NCBI GenBank assembly: GCA_039208735.1
Contig: JBCCQY010000011.1
Span: 31,563 to 95,562, forward strand
Length of the DNA: 64,000 nucleotides
From: Myxococcota bacterium
Lineage (GTDB): Bacteria > Myxococcota_A > UBA796 > GCA-2862545
Direction of reading: 5' to 3'
The notes below the pieces were generated by a model, which searched no databases, was not told where the DNA came from, and saw only the letters and a program-made list of their open reading frames with translations. Both the position numbers and the translations under genes were made by a program. This document shows positions 37,960-48,464 of this stretch, piece after piece. Numbering within the stretch: the first letter of the stretch is position 1; each line of letters begins with the position of its first letter.

Positions 37960-40900
37960 GTGCGTCGCTCGTCATCGTTGCTGTTTGGGGCTGCGTTTAC
38001 GCTCCTGCTGGGGGGATGCATCCAGACCGTTCCGCTCGGCCCCCAGTTGGGCGATTGTGCGGAACCCCCACCCGACGGACGAACGTTTACCTACGGCGAC
38101 ATTGGCATCGGGACGTGCCTGTCCGGTCCTGCGGACATCGAGTTCTTCGAGGAGGGCGGGCGCACGTGGCTCGCGGTCTCCAATGCCGACCCCTACCGCA
38201 CGTTCATCACGGGCAGCGTACTCGCCATCGATTGGGATGCGGTGGTCGACCAGATCGACCCAGATGCCTCGTTTCCCTCACGCATCTTGCTGAATGACAC
38301 CATCGCGACTGCGGCGGTGTTCACAGACGACGACGAACTGGACGAAGACACCGACGGGGGCAACCCGTTCCTCGGGGGTATTGGTCGCCCTGCGGGCTCG
38401 TCATCGCTGCTCGTGGCGGGTCGCCTGACCGAAGGGTCGAACATCCGAGCGGGCCGGGACGAGCTGTTCGTCATCGATACGAGCGGGTTGCCCGACCGGC
38501 TCGAGAAGGTCGACGAATTGCTGCTCCGCGACGATCCGTATCCCGTCGTCTTCGATGCGGATGCCGACCGGACCTACGTGGGCAACCTCACCGATCACTC
38601 GATCAGCATCGTCGAGCGTGACCCCGACGGAGGCCCCAATGGGTTTGCCCCGGTCGACGCGTCGACGGGCCAGGGGGTTGGCCGACCCCAGGTGCGCGAT
38701 CCCGACGGGAGTGGTTCGCTCATCGAGTTGGCGTTTGTCGAAGAAACGGCTCGGCGCGAGATCGAGAACGAGGTCTACACGATGACCTACATCTCGGGCA
38801 CGCGACGGCTCTTCGTGCCCACGCCAGGTGAAGAGCAGACCACACTCATTCGGTACTACTCAGGCGATGGCGTTTCGTTCATCACTTCGGGATTTGGGCC
38901 CGAACAAGGGGTGATCGCCGTAGGCTCGACGGAGGTCGACGACCTGCTGGTGGAAGGGCAGCCGTTCATCACGCTCGATGGCGATGGCGTGCCACTCATG
39001 GTGCTCGCCCGCGACCTCACGATCGACGAGACAAACCCATTGTTTGCGGTGCTCGCCCAGCCTGCCACCGAGGTGGGCGGCCTGTGGAACGAGCCTCTTG
39101 CCCTCATCGTTTCGTCCGATCCGTTGTCGGCACCATCGTTGGTGGGCGGCATCGAGGGACAGGTCCTCGTCGTCACCGTCGAAACCGAAAATGGGCCGCG
39201 GATTCAGCGTTCGTCGGATGCGTTTGGCAACCTCCAGTTCAGCACCCTCGAAAGTGCGTTCGCGCCGGACGTGCCCGATATCGATCGGGCGGACCCTTAC
39301 GTGCTGTTTGACGAGCGGGTTCGTCGATACCGCATGTGGAGCACCGAAATCCTGGCGGACGGTCGTCGGCGCATCGTGCACGCCGTGAGCCGTGACGCGT
39401 TGGAGTTCGATGAGCCCGTGGCCGTCATCGATACCGACGTTTCGGTGGCCGCTCCTACGGTCAACGTCATCGACGCCCAATACCAGATGTGGTTTGCCAT
39501 GGAGACGACGACGGGCTGGGACATCGCACACGCCCGCAGCGCCGATGGCATCACGTTCGGCACCCCTCGGGTGATCTTCGAAGATGTGGCGGCCAAGGGG
39601 GCACCACCGCCACGGGTCGCGGTGCTTTCGGAGCAGGTCAATGCGTATCGGGCAGAGGGGGCAAACTTCGGGCGATTCCAGAACTTCGTCGTCGGAGGGG
39701 CGGGCGGTCGCACCGACTTCGGCGGATTCGTGCTTTCGGTCGTGCACGGTCACGAGGTTTCGAACGACGTCGTGGTTCGCGAAAGCGGGGATGCGCCGAT
39801 TGCCAAGCTGGGCTTGCTTCCAGGATCGGTCGCCGAGGTAGGTGGGCGAACCCTTGTGTATGCGACCGCGCTCGATGGTCCGACCCCCGACAGCGTTGAC
39901 GGGGTGGTGCCGGTGGGTTGTCGTCCGGGCTTCGACCAGACCCCACGTCTGGTGGTCCTCGAGCAGGAAGCGGATGGTGACATCGCGTTCGTTGGTTCGC
40001 TCACCGAAGACCTCGACCTCCGGGCTGACCAGATGGCCCTGTCGCCCGCGGTGATAGCCGATGACCAAGGTGTCGTGCTCATCTACGCCGTCCAAGGCCC
40101 CACCCAGACGTTCCTCCAGCGTGCCACGTCGACCGATGGCGTGACCTTTACGGTCGACACGACGGACGTGGTGAACGCTGCGGCCGAGGCCAACGGTTTT
40201 GACGGCAATGGGCGGCTGCCCCACGCGTTCGAAACCACGGAAGATGGCCGCATCCGCCTTTGGTACACCGCCGACAATGGAACGACCTGCACCATCGGAA
40301 CGCTCGTTGCGGACTCAGCTCGCGGGACATTCAGTGCCGATGGACCCCAGCCGGCCTTCGACGTCGGTTTGGTGGGAGCCTTCGACGGTGAAGGAGTCCG
40401 AGATCCAGCACCCGCCACCGTCGATGGCCAACCCGTGCTCGTCTATTCGGGCCTGCTCGATGGCGTCTGGCGCCTGGGGACGGCTCGGTTCGACGAAGCG
40501 ACGGCCAGCTGGGTGCGGGACGAGGACCCACTCGAGCCGCTACCCCAGCCGTCAGCCCCGGGGTTGACCAACGCGTTTTCGTCGTTCGGCACAGATTCCC
40601 CGGCGGTGGTGCCGGTTGCGGATGGTGATCCTGAGCTGCTGTACGCGGGGTACGACGGTCTGGCGCGTCGCATGGGTCGTGCGGAGCTGGCATGGATGGG
40701 AGGGCGCCCGGTCATCTTCCCCGTGCCTCGACAAGCGACGGCTGGCGACTTCGTCACGTTCGAGACAGAGCGCCAAGGGAGCCTTGCTGGATTCCCCGAA
40801 ACCGTGATCGAGCTTGCGCAGCAGACCGCCCGGTTTGTGACCGATGGCGAGGGCATGGCGGGCCTCACGCTCGACCCCGAGCGTGGGTTCCTCTACGTGA

Positions 40901-41547
40901 CGTCCAAGACGTCATCGTTGTCGGCGTCCGACCGTATCACCGTGGTGGATGTCCGCGACGACAGTTCCGCAGGCTTTTCGGATGCCAACGTGCTGGATCT
41001 CGAAGGGGTCGTCGAGGTCGATCTTGCGTTTGGCACGGTTGGCGGCTTCCGCAATTCGCTCGTCGACCCCGTGCGCAACGCGCTCTACCTCACCATGACG
41101 GAGCCCGACGGCGTGGCGGTCGTCAACCTCGATGACTTCGTCGACAACGGCGAAAAAGAGGTCACCGTGGTCACCGCCGAAGCGGTGCTCCCCTTGCCCG
41201 ACTTGGTTCGCGACGCAGGGGCGGAAAGCGACCGGACCTTCATTGGCGGTGCCGGCATGACGCTCGCACCCGACGGGCGAACCTTGGTGGTGACCCACTT
41301 CCGGGGCAATGGTGTGGCGATGTTCGACCTTGAGCTGGGTGCATATGGCGAACAGATCGCCTGGATCCCGAACATTGGCGAGAATCCCCATGTGGTGGAG
41401 CTTTCGCCGGACGGCCGCTATGGCGTGGTCGCAAACTACGTCGGCGAAGTCGACGGCAACCAGTCGAGCAGCACCTTGGCGGTGCTCGATCTCGATCCCA
41501 CCAGTCCCTCCTTCCGGGACGTCGTTGCATGGATCGCCAACCGATGA
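37960..41547 (+). CDS. Large acidic lipoprotein: YVTN/YncE-like beta-propeller with inserted glycoside hydrolase-like (GH32/43/130-type) propeller domains
   Basis: GGAGG RBS plus GTG, lipobox LGGC. Propeller blades at both termini ([36 protein letters not shown]). Central [25 protein letters not shown] and VRDPAP motifs. Confidence 0.72.
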   Translation: MRRSSSLLFGAAFTLLLGGCIQTVPLGPQLGDCAEPPPDGRTFTYGDIGIGTCLSGPADIEFFEEGGRTWLAVSNADPYRTFITGSVLAIDWDAVVDQIDPDASFPSRILLNDTIATAAVFTDDDELDEDTDGGNPFLGGIGRPAGSSSLLVAGRLTEGSNIRAGRDELFVIDTSGLPDRLEKVDELLLRDDPYPVVFDADADRTYVGNLTDHSISIVERDPDGGPNGFAPVDASTGQGVGRPQVRDPDGSGSLIELAFVEETARREIENEVYTMTYISGTRRLFVPTPGEEQTTLIRYYSGDGVSFITSGFGPEQGVIAVGSTEVDDLLVEGQPFITLDGDGVPLMVLARDLTIDETNPLFAVLAQPATEVGGLWNEPLALIVSSDPLSAPSLVGGIEGQVLVVTVETENGPRIQRSSDAFGNLQFSTLESAFAPDVPDIDRADPYVLFDERVRRYRMWSTEILADGRRRIVHAVSRDALEFDEPVAVIDTDVSVAAPTVNVIDAQYQMWFAMETTTGWDIAHARSADGITFGTPRVIFEDVAAKGAPPPRVAVLSEQVNAYRAEGANFGRFQNFVVGGAGGRTDFGGFVLSVVHGHEVSNDVVVRESGDAPIAKLGLLPGSVAEVGGRTLVYATALDGPTPDSVDGVVPVGCRPGFDQTPRLVVLEQEADGDIAFVGSLTEDLDLRADQMALSPAVIADDQGVVLIYAVQGPTQTFLQRATSTDGVTFTVDTTDVVNAAAEANGFDGNGRLPHAFETTEDGRIRLWYTADNGTTCTIGTLVADSARGTFSADGPQPAFDVGLVGAFDGEGVRDPAPATVDGQPVLVYSGLLDGVWRLGTARFDEATASWVRDEDPLEPLPQPSAPGLTNAFSSFGTDSPAVVPVADGDPELLYAGYDGLARRMGRAELAWMGGRPVIFPVPRQATAGDFVTFETERQGSLAGFPETVIELAQQTARFVTDGEGMAGLTLDPERGFLYVTSKTSSLSASDRITVVDVRDDSSAGFSDANVLDLEGVVEVDLAFGTVGGFRNSLVDPVRNALYLTMTEPDGVAVVNLDDFVDNGEKEVTVVTAEAVLPLPDLVRDAGAESDRTFIGGAGMTLAPDGRTLVVTHFRGNGVAMFDLELGAYGEQIAWIPNIGENPHVVELSPDGRYGVVANYVGEVDGNQSSSTLAVLDLDPTSPSFRDVVAWIANR

Positions 41548-43412
41548 CGCCGGTACTGCTTACCTTTCTCGTCGCTTGCAACCAGTTCGAACCGCCGGCT
41601 GGCGCCTTTGAAGTGCCTCGGGCGGTCGCAGTGCTGCAGCCAGAACTGGGCGGACCCTTTGAGGAGCCGATCGGCTTTGTGGCGAACGGTCAGGGTGGCC
41701 AGATTGCCTTGCTCGCGCTGAAGCAAGGCCGTTTTCTCACCGACGACCTGACCGGCGCGTTCTTGCCCGCGAATCAGCTTGCCACGGGCGACCGGCGGCT
41801 GTTGACGTCCGTGGCGGTCCATGCCGATGGGCTGGACCGGGTGACGGTGTTTGCGGGTGACCTGGCGTTTGGCGAACTGCTCGTGTTGCCCTACCTCGAG
41901 CCCTGCGAATCCTTCGTGTGTGAGGGGACTGTACCTTCCGTCACGGGTGGCGACGGGTTCCAACCGGGCGTGAAGAATGGTTGGACCACGACTGAGACCT
42001 GGACGCTGACCCCCGATGGTCAGGGACGCTGGAACGTTGAGGGCTCGCGGAGCGGACTCCAACCTGAGCCCGTGGTGCCCGGAGAACCTTGGTCCGCTGA
42101 AGACCGTCGTCTTCAGCTCGTGGCTCGTGCGCCGAACGGCAACGATGAAGTGGTGACCATCGAGACCGACAATGGCCTACGGGCGATCGACGTGGGGGGC
42201 GCTCCGCTGGCGCTCAAACTCGCGCCAGACCATAGCGTCATGGGCCTGATCGTACAGGACCGAAAGCTTGATGTGCCGCGGTTGTTCTGGTTTGACCCGG
42301 CTACGGAAGCGGTCTTGGGTGAGGTCACCCTCCCCGTGGGGGCTGAGCCGCATCGTCTCTCGGTATCGGAAGGGGGCGGCCTTCTCGTGGCGGATCGCAC
42401 TCGAAACGCTTTTTACGAGGTGCCTTGGGGCGAGACCAAGGCGGTCGAGTTTCCCACCCCGTGGCCCGTTCTCGACGTGGCTGGGGTACGCATCGACACG
42501 GATGGAGACGGCCTCGAAGACGCGAACCTGCGCTACGTCGTGCCCCTCGATGCGGCCTCGTTGTGGCGCTACGATCCTCAATCCATGGCGATCGTAGACG
42601 TGAATCCTGCCCTTGCGGGGGATCAGGGAATCGTCTTCGATGCGCCGGTCCAAGGCATCGAAGCGATGCCGTTGCCCTACCTCGCGCCTGAACTTGGCGA
42701 TGATGAAGAGCGGGTGGTCACGACGGCCGTGGCAGTGAGCCTGTCAGACGGTCGGACGGTGTTCGCCCACGAAGACACGGGGTGCTTGGTTCAGGATCCG
42801 CAGGGGCCCCGTACGAGCATTACGACGGCCGCAGGTACGGCATCGTCCGACATCAATGCCGGAGACATTCCTGCCGAAGCCAACTTTTTGGCTCGCTTTG
42901 CCATTCCGCTCGACGGCCTGCCGAATGTCATCGTGGTGAACGATTGCGCCGGCATCGCAAAAACTGAGGCCTGGGGCATCCGTTTTGACCAGCTGACCGG
43001 CACTTGGGAGGCCGACGGTGCGATCTCCGGCATCCAGAATGCTCGGGTGATCGAGGACCAGCGCTACGTCTCGGATGACGGAGGGATCAGTTTCTTGCTG
43101 GGTTCTGGGTCGACGCCGAGTGTGGATGGTTGGGTGTTCACGTTCTCGGTGGTGTCGGGGATTGCGGCAGCCACCGGAGACGTCGATGGGGACGGCCTTC
43201 GCGAAGGGAACCTTTCGGTGTCAGGCGATCCTGTGTTCTTCTTTTACCGAGTTGGCCAGCCGGGGCCGGTTCCGGACGGAGAAGATGACGTCGATGGCTA
43301 CAACCCCAACATTCGACCCTTCGTGCTGGTGCCGGGGTCGTCGACCAATCGGGTGGGACGGGTCGATCCGTCAGATGAAATTGCCCCGTTGGTCGAGGTG
43401 AGTTGGGAGTAG
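41544..43412 (+). CDS. Acidic beta-propeller lipoprotein with two inserted beta-sandwich repeats
   Basis: ATGA overlap with the upstream gene and lipobox LVAC. Repeats TETWTLT..WNVEGSRSGLQ and TEAWGIR..WEADGAISGIQ. Confidence 0.7.
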   Translation: MTPVLLTFLVACNQFEPPAGAFEVPRAVAVLQPELGGPFEEPIGFVANGQGGQIALLALKQGRFLTDDLTGAFLPANQLATGDRRLLTSVAVHADGLDRVTVFAGDLAFGELLVLPYLEPCESFVCEGTVPSVTGGDGFQPGVKNGWTTTETWTLTPDGQGRWNVEGSRSGLQPEPVVPGEPWSAEDRRLQLVARAPNGNDEVVTIETDNGLRAIDVGGAPLALKLAPDHSVMGLIVQDRKLDVPRLFWFDPATEAVLGEVTLPVGAEPHRLSVSEGGGLLVADRTRNAFYEVPWGETKAVEFPTPWPVLDVAGVRIDTDGDGLEDANLRYVVPLDAASLWRYDPQSMAIVDVNPALAGDQGIVFDAPVQGIEAMPLPYLAPELGDDEERVVTTAVAVSLSDGRTVFAHEDTGCLVQDPQGPRTSITTAAGTASSDINAGDIPAEANFLARFAIPLDGLPNVIVVNDCAGIAKTEAWGIRFDQLTGTWEADGAISGIQNARVIEDQRYVSDDGGISFLLGSGSTPSVDGWVFTFSVVSGIAAATGDVDGDGLREGNLSVSGDPVFFFYRVGQPGPVPDGEDDVDGYNPNIRPFVLVPGSSTNRVGRVDPSDEIAPLVEVSWE

Positions 43413-43414
43413 GG

Positions 43415-46400
43415 ATGGCGGCGCCCGACGCAGATGGCAAATTGGCTCGGAGCCCTTCTGGGCCTTCGGTGCCGATGCGCCTCGCGACGGTCGACGCGCC
43501 GGATCCCTTCCACGTCGAACCGGGGGCGATTCTGCTTTCGCGCCGGTTCTGCGTCATCGGTCCCCAACGGCATCGCGCCGGGGGCTGGCAGGTCACCGCC
43601 ACCGACCTCAAGCGCCGGTTCGGCGTCCTGCCGCATTACCGCCTCGAACTTGTGTTCATGATGGTCTCGGAAGCAGAGCGCGACCGCATGTTTGCCGCGA
43701 TCGATGCGATGGCGGAAGCGGTACCCCGGGTCTACGCGGTGTTGGCCACCGATGATGGGGTCGTCCTCGTCACGCACCCCTTTGAGCCGCTACCGACGGA
43801 ACTCACCGTCGACCAGCATCGCCAAGCCGCACACGACCTGGCTCGGTTGTTGGCGCGGCTGCACGAAGCCGGCTGGAGCCGGATTCGTTGGAATGATGAG
43901 GCCTGGCGAATCGACGATGCAGGCCGGGTGCAGTTTGCCGACTGGTCGTGGTTGCGGGACGTCGAGCGCGCCAAGCACCCGGCGGCGCAGCGAGATGACG
44001 TCACCGCCCTTCAGCGCCTATTCCAAGGTCCGTTGTGGCCGACGGGAGCGCGCCGTGAGGTGTCGTCGGCCGCGGAGTTGCTTGCGGGCCTCGGGCCTGC
44101 GGAAGCGGAGGCCGGCCCCACCTTTGTGCTCGGCCGAGATCTCCCCTTTGTCGGCCGGTCCGAGGCCTTGGCGGTCATTGAACAAGCCGTCGACCACGCG
44201 CGTGAGGACGGGCCGACCTTGCTCACCATTGCGGGGCCTTCCGGTGTCGGCAAGACCGATCTGTTGACCCATGCGGCGACTCGACTCGACGCTGAAGCGG
44301 TCGTGGTTCGCTGCACAAAACCACACCTTGGCGGACTACTCGTCGCGTTGGCCGATGCGTTTGAGACCCTCGATAGCGTGCGGCGCCGGGAGATCCGGGA
44401 CCGGATCTGCCTAGAAGTCGGCGATGGCAGCCAGGAGCTGTCGATTTTCGATCGCCGTTTCGAAGCGTGGTTCGGAGGGCCTCCCCCCCGACAGCGTGTC
44501 GTTCGAGAGTATCCGCGGCGACTCACCCGCTTGGTGGCCTTGCTCGCCGCGGTCGGATCGGCCAAGCACCCCTTGGTCCTTCTGATCGATCGCTTTGATG
44601 AAGTGTCGGGGGCTATCCGCAATCTTTGCGATCGGCTCCTCGGCGATGGTGAGGCCCACGCCACCGCGATCGTTCGTGCGATGACGTCGACCACTGGCGA
44701 GGCCGTAACCTTGACCCCGCTCGCGGTGAGTGAGGTCGAAGAGTGGCTCCGGGGCACGCTACCGGGCTCGGTTCACGATGCTTCTGCGATGGCACAGTGG
44801 CTGTACGAGGAGGTTGGGAGTTGGCCGGGAGACCTGGTGGCCGGACTCCAGCGGGCCATTTCCGCCGGGGCCATTGCGGAACGATCGGGTTGGCGATTGG
44901 TTCGCACCCCGGAGTTGCGGCCTCCCGCGCTTGACGAACTCGGTGATGATGCCCGATGGCTCGCGCTGCTGCTCGCCGTCGAAGGGGGACGCGGAGGCAT
45001 TCGCTCGCTGCAGCGGCTGGCCCGGTGGCCGATCGATCGATTGCGCGAGGGGTTGACCGAGCTTCGACGAACGGGGTTTGTGCGTGCCGAGGGCAACGCG
45101 CTGGTCTGGATCATGCCTCGGCACCGGCAGGAGGTCGTGGCCAAAGCGTCGGCGGAGCAATGTCGCCATGCGCATCGGGCCATGGCTCGCTACCTCTCGC
45201 GAAAGGTGGATGTGTCGACCTCCGCCCTCGTGTCCCATGAAGATCGCGGGCAGGTCGACGGCATCGATGCGGCATTGGCGCTTCGGCACCTCCGAGCCGC
45301 GGAAGAGCAGATGCGCCACCTCAACTTCGAACGGGCTCAGTGGCACTACGAGCGAGCCGCGGCGCGGGACCTCGAGCCCTCCGTGCAGCGTCGAGCCCAA
45401 CGTGGACGCGCGGACGCGCTACTGCTCACGGGCTGTGTCGATAAGGCCATTGTGGCCTATCGGGGGGCCCTGACGCATGCGGGCGGACCGGAAGATGTGC
45501 TGGCGATTGCCGACCGCGCCACGCATGCCCTTGCGGTACGGAACCCCCAGGCCACGATGGAACTCGTGAACGAAGCACTTGGCCGCATCGGGCGACCTGT
45601 CCCAGGTGGGTGGTTGTCCATGGGCTGGGAGGCGTTGCGGACGTGGCTTGGCGTTGGGCCGTCGTTAGGCCCTGCGGCGCTCCGGTCGTTGGGCGTGTTG
45701 CATCGTACGGTCGTCGAGCATTTGCCGTTGATCGAGGCCCATCGGTTGCCCATCCTGTGGTTCCGAGGGCTGGTGGTGGCCGGGCAGACGCAGGATGAAG
45801 CGGCGCTGCGACGAAGCCGCATTCAGTTTGCGCGGGGACCCGTTCGCACCTTTGCCCCCCGGTGGGCCCAACAGATCCTCACGCGCGCCCTCGAAGGGGC
45901 TCAGCGCGACGATGATGCGGTGGGAGAAGGGCTTGCGTGGTTTGGGCGGGCCGAGTTGTGGTGGCCCACCGGACGGGCCGCGGATGCTCGCCACGCCCTT
46001 GAGCGCGCCATCGAACGGTTTCGCGTGGGCGGAGAGCCCGCACTGCAGGCCCGTGCAGAAGCGGCCTTGCTCGTTCATCAGCTGTTCTGTGCTTCGTTGG
46101 ACCACGTTGAGGTGCGCCTCGAGAGCCTGCGGCGCGTGGCTCGCAAGCAACACCAGCAGGATTTTGGGCCCCTGATCGACGCGATTCAGCGTTGGATTCG
46201 CGTCCGTGGAGACCGATCGCCAGGAACGCCCGTCGAGCCCACTGGCGATCCGCCCATGACGGTGATGGGAGTGTGGGCCGACGCGATCGCTGCGCTCGCT
46301 TGGGTGGAAGCCGACGAGGTCGTGGTGGCTCAGCGCTACGCGGAACGGGCATGGGAAGCCCGGCAGCGGTTTGCGGTCCGACCACCGGCGCTAGACTTGG

Positions 46401-47491
46401 CATTGGTAGCGGTCGCTTGGGTGGCGGTTCGTCGCGGACGGCCCTTCATCCAGCCAGCCGAGCGGTGGCTCACCGCGTTGCGTCACCAGGCACGGGAAAA
46501 CCCCACCCTGGAGCCGTTCGGATGGCTCGTCGAAGCGCACCTCGCCATTGCCGAGGATGCTAGCGCCCGGGCCCAACATGCCCTCGACCGGGTCTTGCAG
46601 ACCGCTGCGGTGCAGCGTCAACGGTGGGTGGCGCTGGATGGACATGCCTTGTTGGCCCGGTTCTGGGCCACCGGTGCGCCGCATCAGGCGGAGCGGCAAC
46701 GTGAGTTGACCGAGCAGCTAAGGGCGGAACTTGTCGGCTTCACCCCACCGCCTCCAGCGGGGCCGTTGCCGCTTCCGGAGCCGCTGTCGGAAGAGGCGGT
46801 ACGTCTCGACCATCTGGTCCACGACATGCTCGAGACCCTCCGTCCCCACTTGGATGGGCGCGACGTCGAAACGGCGCTGCTCGCCGGACAGCGCACCACG
46901 GTGCCGCGTGAAGCGCTCGAGCTGCTGTTCGTCAGTATGATGCTGCTCGTCCATGAGGTGGTAGAAGGTCCGAAGCTGTCCATCTCCCTCGAGCCGCGTC
47001 CCGACGATGTTGTGGCCATCAAGATCGTCGCTGGCCCACCGTCTGAAGAGCCGAATGCCTTGGCCATCGCGGAATGCGACAACGTCGCCAACCAGATTGG
47101 TGCGCGCCTGACCATCGAAACATCCCCTCGCGCCCTGCTCATCGAGGCAGCGGTCCCGGCTGACCGCGTGGTGGTGCTGCATCGGGGCCTCGTTGCGATC
47201 TGCGTGGATGACCTCCGCGTCGAGCGGATGCTCGTCGAACAGCTGCGCCATCTGGGGTGGGACGCGATGATTCCCCATCCTGATGATTCGCTCGATGTTG
47301 AGGTGGTGGGTGGCTTTGTGACCCCAGGGCACCGGCTCAATCTTCCGCCCGATGCATGGACGATTTGGGTGGTGCCTCGCAGTGAGGGATGGCAGCACCG
47401 AAGCGAGCTTCCGCTTCCTTTTGTGCTCGATGAATTGCGCACCCTCCTCGATCCCCTCCCTTCGAGAACCTCTGTGCAGGTGGACGAGTGA
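43415..47491 (+). CDS. Multidomain STAND-like ATPase: degenerate kinase + AAA ATPase + TPR-like + degenerate HATPase-like and receiver-like domains
   Basis: FVGRSEAL, Walker A GPSGVGKT, Walker B-like LVLLIDRFD and helical repeats. Eroded kinase region (LARLHEAG..FADW) and a receiver-like tail (VAICVDD...LPFVLDELRTLL). Confidence 0.72.
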   Translation: MAAPDADGKLARSPSGPSVPMRLATVDAPDPFHVEPGAILLSRRFCVIGPQRHRAGGWQVTATDLKRRFGVLPHYRLELVFMMVSEAERDRMFAAIDAMAEAVPRVYAVLATDDGVVLVTHPFEPLPTELTVDQHRQAAHDLARLLARLHEAGWSRIRWNDEAWRIDDAGRVQFADWSWLRDVERAKHPAAQRDDVTALQRLFQGPLWPTGARREVSSAAELLAGLGPAEAEAGPTFVLGRDLPFVGRSEALAVIEQAVDHAREDGPTLLTIAGPSGVGKTDLLTHAATRLDAEAVVVRCTKPHLGGLLVALADAFETLDSVRRREIRDRICLEVGDGSQELSIFDRRFEAWFGGPPPRQRVVREYPRRLTRLVALLAAVGSAKHPLVLLIDRFDEVSGAIRNLCDRLLGDGEAHATAIVRAMTSTTGEAVTLTPLAVSEVEEWLRGTLPGSVHDASAMAQWLYEEVGSWPGDLVAGLQRAISAGAIAERSGWRLVRTPELRPPALDELGDDARWLALLLAVEGGRGGIRSLQRLARWPIDRLREGLTELRRTGFVRAEGNALVWIMPRHRQEVVAKASAEQCRHAHRAMARYLSRKVDVSTSALVSHEDRGQVDGIDAALALRHLRAAEEQMRHLNFERAQWHYERAAARDLEPSVQRRAQRGRADALLLTGCVDKAIVAYRGALTHAGGPEDVLAIADRATHALAVRNPQATMELVNEALGRIGRPVPGGWLSMGWEALRTWLGVGPSLGPAALRSLGVLHRTVVEHLPLIEAHRLPILWFRGLVVAGQTQDEAALRRSRIQFARGPVRTFAPRWAQQILTRALEGAQRDDDAVGEGLAWFGRAELWWPTGRAADARHALERAIERFRVGGEPALQARAEAALLVHQLFCASLDHVEVRLESLRRVARKQHQQDFGPLIDAIQRWIRVRGDRSPGTPVEPTGDPPMTVMGVWADAIAALAWVEADEVVVAQRYAERAWEARQRFAVRPPALDLALVAVAWVAVRRGRPFIQPAERWLTALRHQARENPTLEPFGWLVEAHLAIAEDASARAQHALDRVLQTAAVQRQRWVALDGHALLARFWATGAPHQAERQRELTEQLRAELVGFTPPPPAGPLPLPEPLSEEAVRLDHLVHDMLETLRPHLDGRDVETALLAGQRTTVPREALELLFVSMMLLVHEVVEGPKLSISLEPRPDDVVAIKIVAGPPSEEPNALAIAECDNVANQIGARLTIETSPRALLIEAAVPADRVVVLHRGLVAICVDDLRVERMLVEQLRHLGWDAMIPHPDDSLDVEVVGGFVTPGHRLNLPPDAWTIWVVPRSEGWQHRSELPLPFVLDELRTLLDPLPSRTSVQVDE

Positions 47492-47532
47492 TCAGGGAGT
47501 ATGCAACTGGACACGCGCCGAGCGTATGCAAA

Positions 47533-47548
47533 CGACTACGCGTAGTCG
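47533..47548. promoter_or_regulatory. Perfect 16-bp palindrome, candidate activator-binding site
   Basis: CGACTACG|CGTAGTCG, about 65-80 bp upstream of a sigma54-like promoter. Two GTATGCAA direct repeats lie just upstream. Confidence 0.45.
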
Positions 47549-47611
47549 GACGGCTACGCCTTTTCCATTGCCGAGGTGCCGAAAACTAACCTTCCCCCAA
47601 TGTCACGACGC

Positions 47612-47627
47612 TGGCATGACCCTTGCG
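47612..47627 (+). promoter_or_regulatory. Sigma54 (-24/-12) promoter for the FliA-like gene
   Basis: TGGCATGACCCTTGCG, with GG (47613-14) and GC (47625-26) separated by exactly 10 nt. Followed by the GGAGG RBS and ATG 47653. Confidence 0.65.
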
Positions 47628-47652
47628 TATGCGGGGTCGGGGAGGTTGACTC

Positions 47653-48366
47653 ATGGCAACCACAAAGCAGAAGCGGACGCGCAACAACGTCGTGCTGCGT
47701 CACTACGCTCTCGTGCAGCGCATCGCACGCCAGATCCACAGCCGCCTTCCACAGAGCGTGGAACTGGATGACCTCATCAGTGTTGGAGTGGTCGGCCTCA
47801 TCGAAAGCATCGCCCGGTACAACCCCTCTCGGGGCGTGCCGTTCGATACCTACGCCCGTCATCGGATCCGCGGCGCAATTCTGGACGCGCTCCGTGCGGT
47901 CGATTGGGTTCCTCACTCGGTCCGCCGCAAAGCGCAGGCCATTGAGCACACGCGTCGGACCCTGCGGACGGTGCACGGCCGGACCCCGACGGATCGCGAA
48001 ATGGCGGAACGCTTGGGCATCGAACTGTCGGACTACCGTAACCTGGTTCGCGACTCGGAGATCCGTCAGTTGCTGAGCCTCGATGCGCCAGCGGCCAACG
48101 ACAACCCGACGCCGCTTGTCGAACAGGTGGCCGGCGAAGTCGACCTCGAGAACTCCACGGGGGAGAACGAGCTGCGTACCCTTGTGATGACCGCGGTGAC
48201 GAAGCTTCCCGAGCGGGAAGCCACCGCGATCACGCTCTACTACTTCCATGAGCTGCCGCTAAAGGAAGTGGGCAAGCACCTGGGCGTCACGGAGTCCCGC
48301 GCGTGCCAGCTGTGTGGGCAGGGCGTCAAACGACTCCGTCGCAAGCTCGGCCACCTGCCGGCCTAG
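47653..48366 (+). CDS. fliA: FliA/WhiG-family (sigma-28) RNA polymerase sigma factor
   Basis: RLPQSVELDDLISVGVVGL, FDTYARHRIRGAILDALRAVDWVPHSVR, LPEREATAITLYYFHEL and GVTESRACQL. Confidence 0.9.
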   Translation: MATTKQKRTRNNVVLRHYALVQRIARQIHSRLPQSVELDDLISVGVVGLIESIARYNPSRGVPFDTYARHRIRGAILDALRAVDWVPHSVRRKAQAIEHTRRTLRTVHGRTPTDREMAERLGIELSDYRNLVRDSEIRQLLSLDAPAANDNPTPLVEQVAGEVDLENSTGENELRTLVMTAVTKLPEREATAITLYYFHELPLKEVGKHLGVTESRACQLCGQGVKRLRRKLGHLPA

Positions 48367-48464
48367 CGTCCTCCGGTTCGTCGGTGGCGTCTCGCCCGAA
48401 CTCTCTTACGACGTCGTCGTGAGTCAGTCCTCCACCCTCGAGCGAGTCGCTCCGGCAACCCGGA

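Noticed and set aside
43415..47491. STAND ATPase as an Avs-type antiphage system
   Set aside because: There is no recognisable nuclease, TIR or SIR2 effector and no defence-island context. The layout matches signalling hybrids.
47578..47585. GCCGAAAA as a sigma28 -10 box for fliA autoregulation
   Set aside because: There is no TAAA-like -35 element at the expected spacing.
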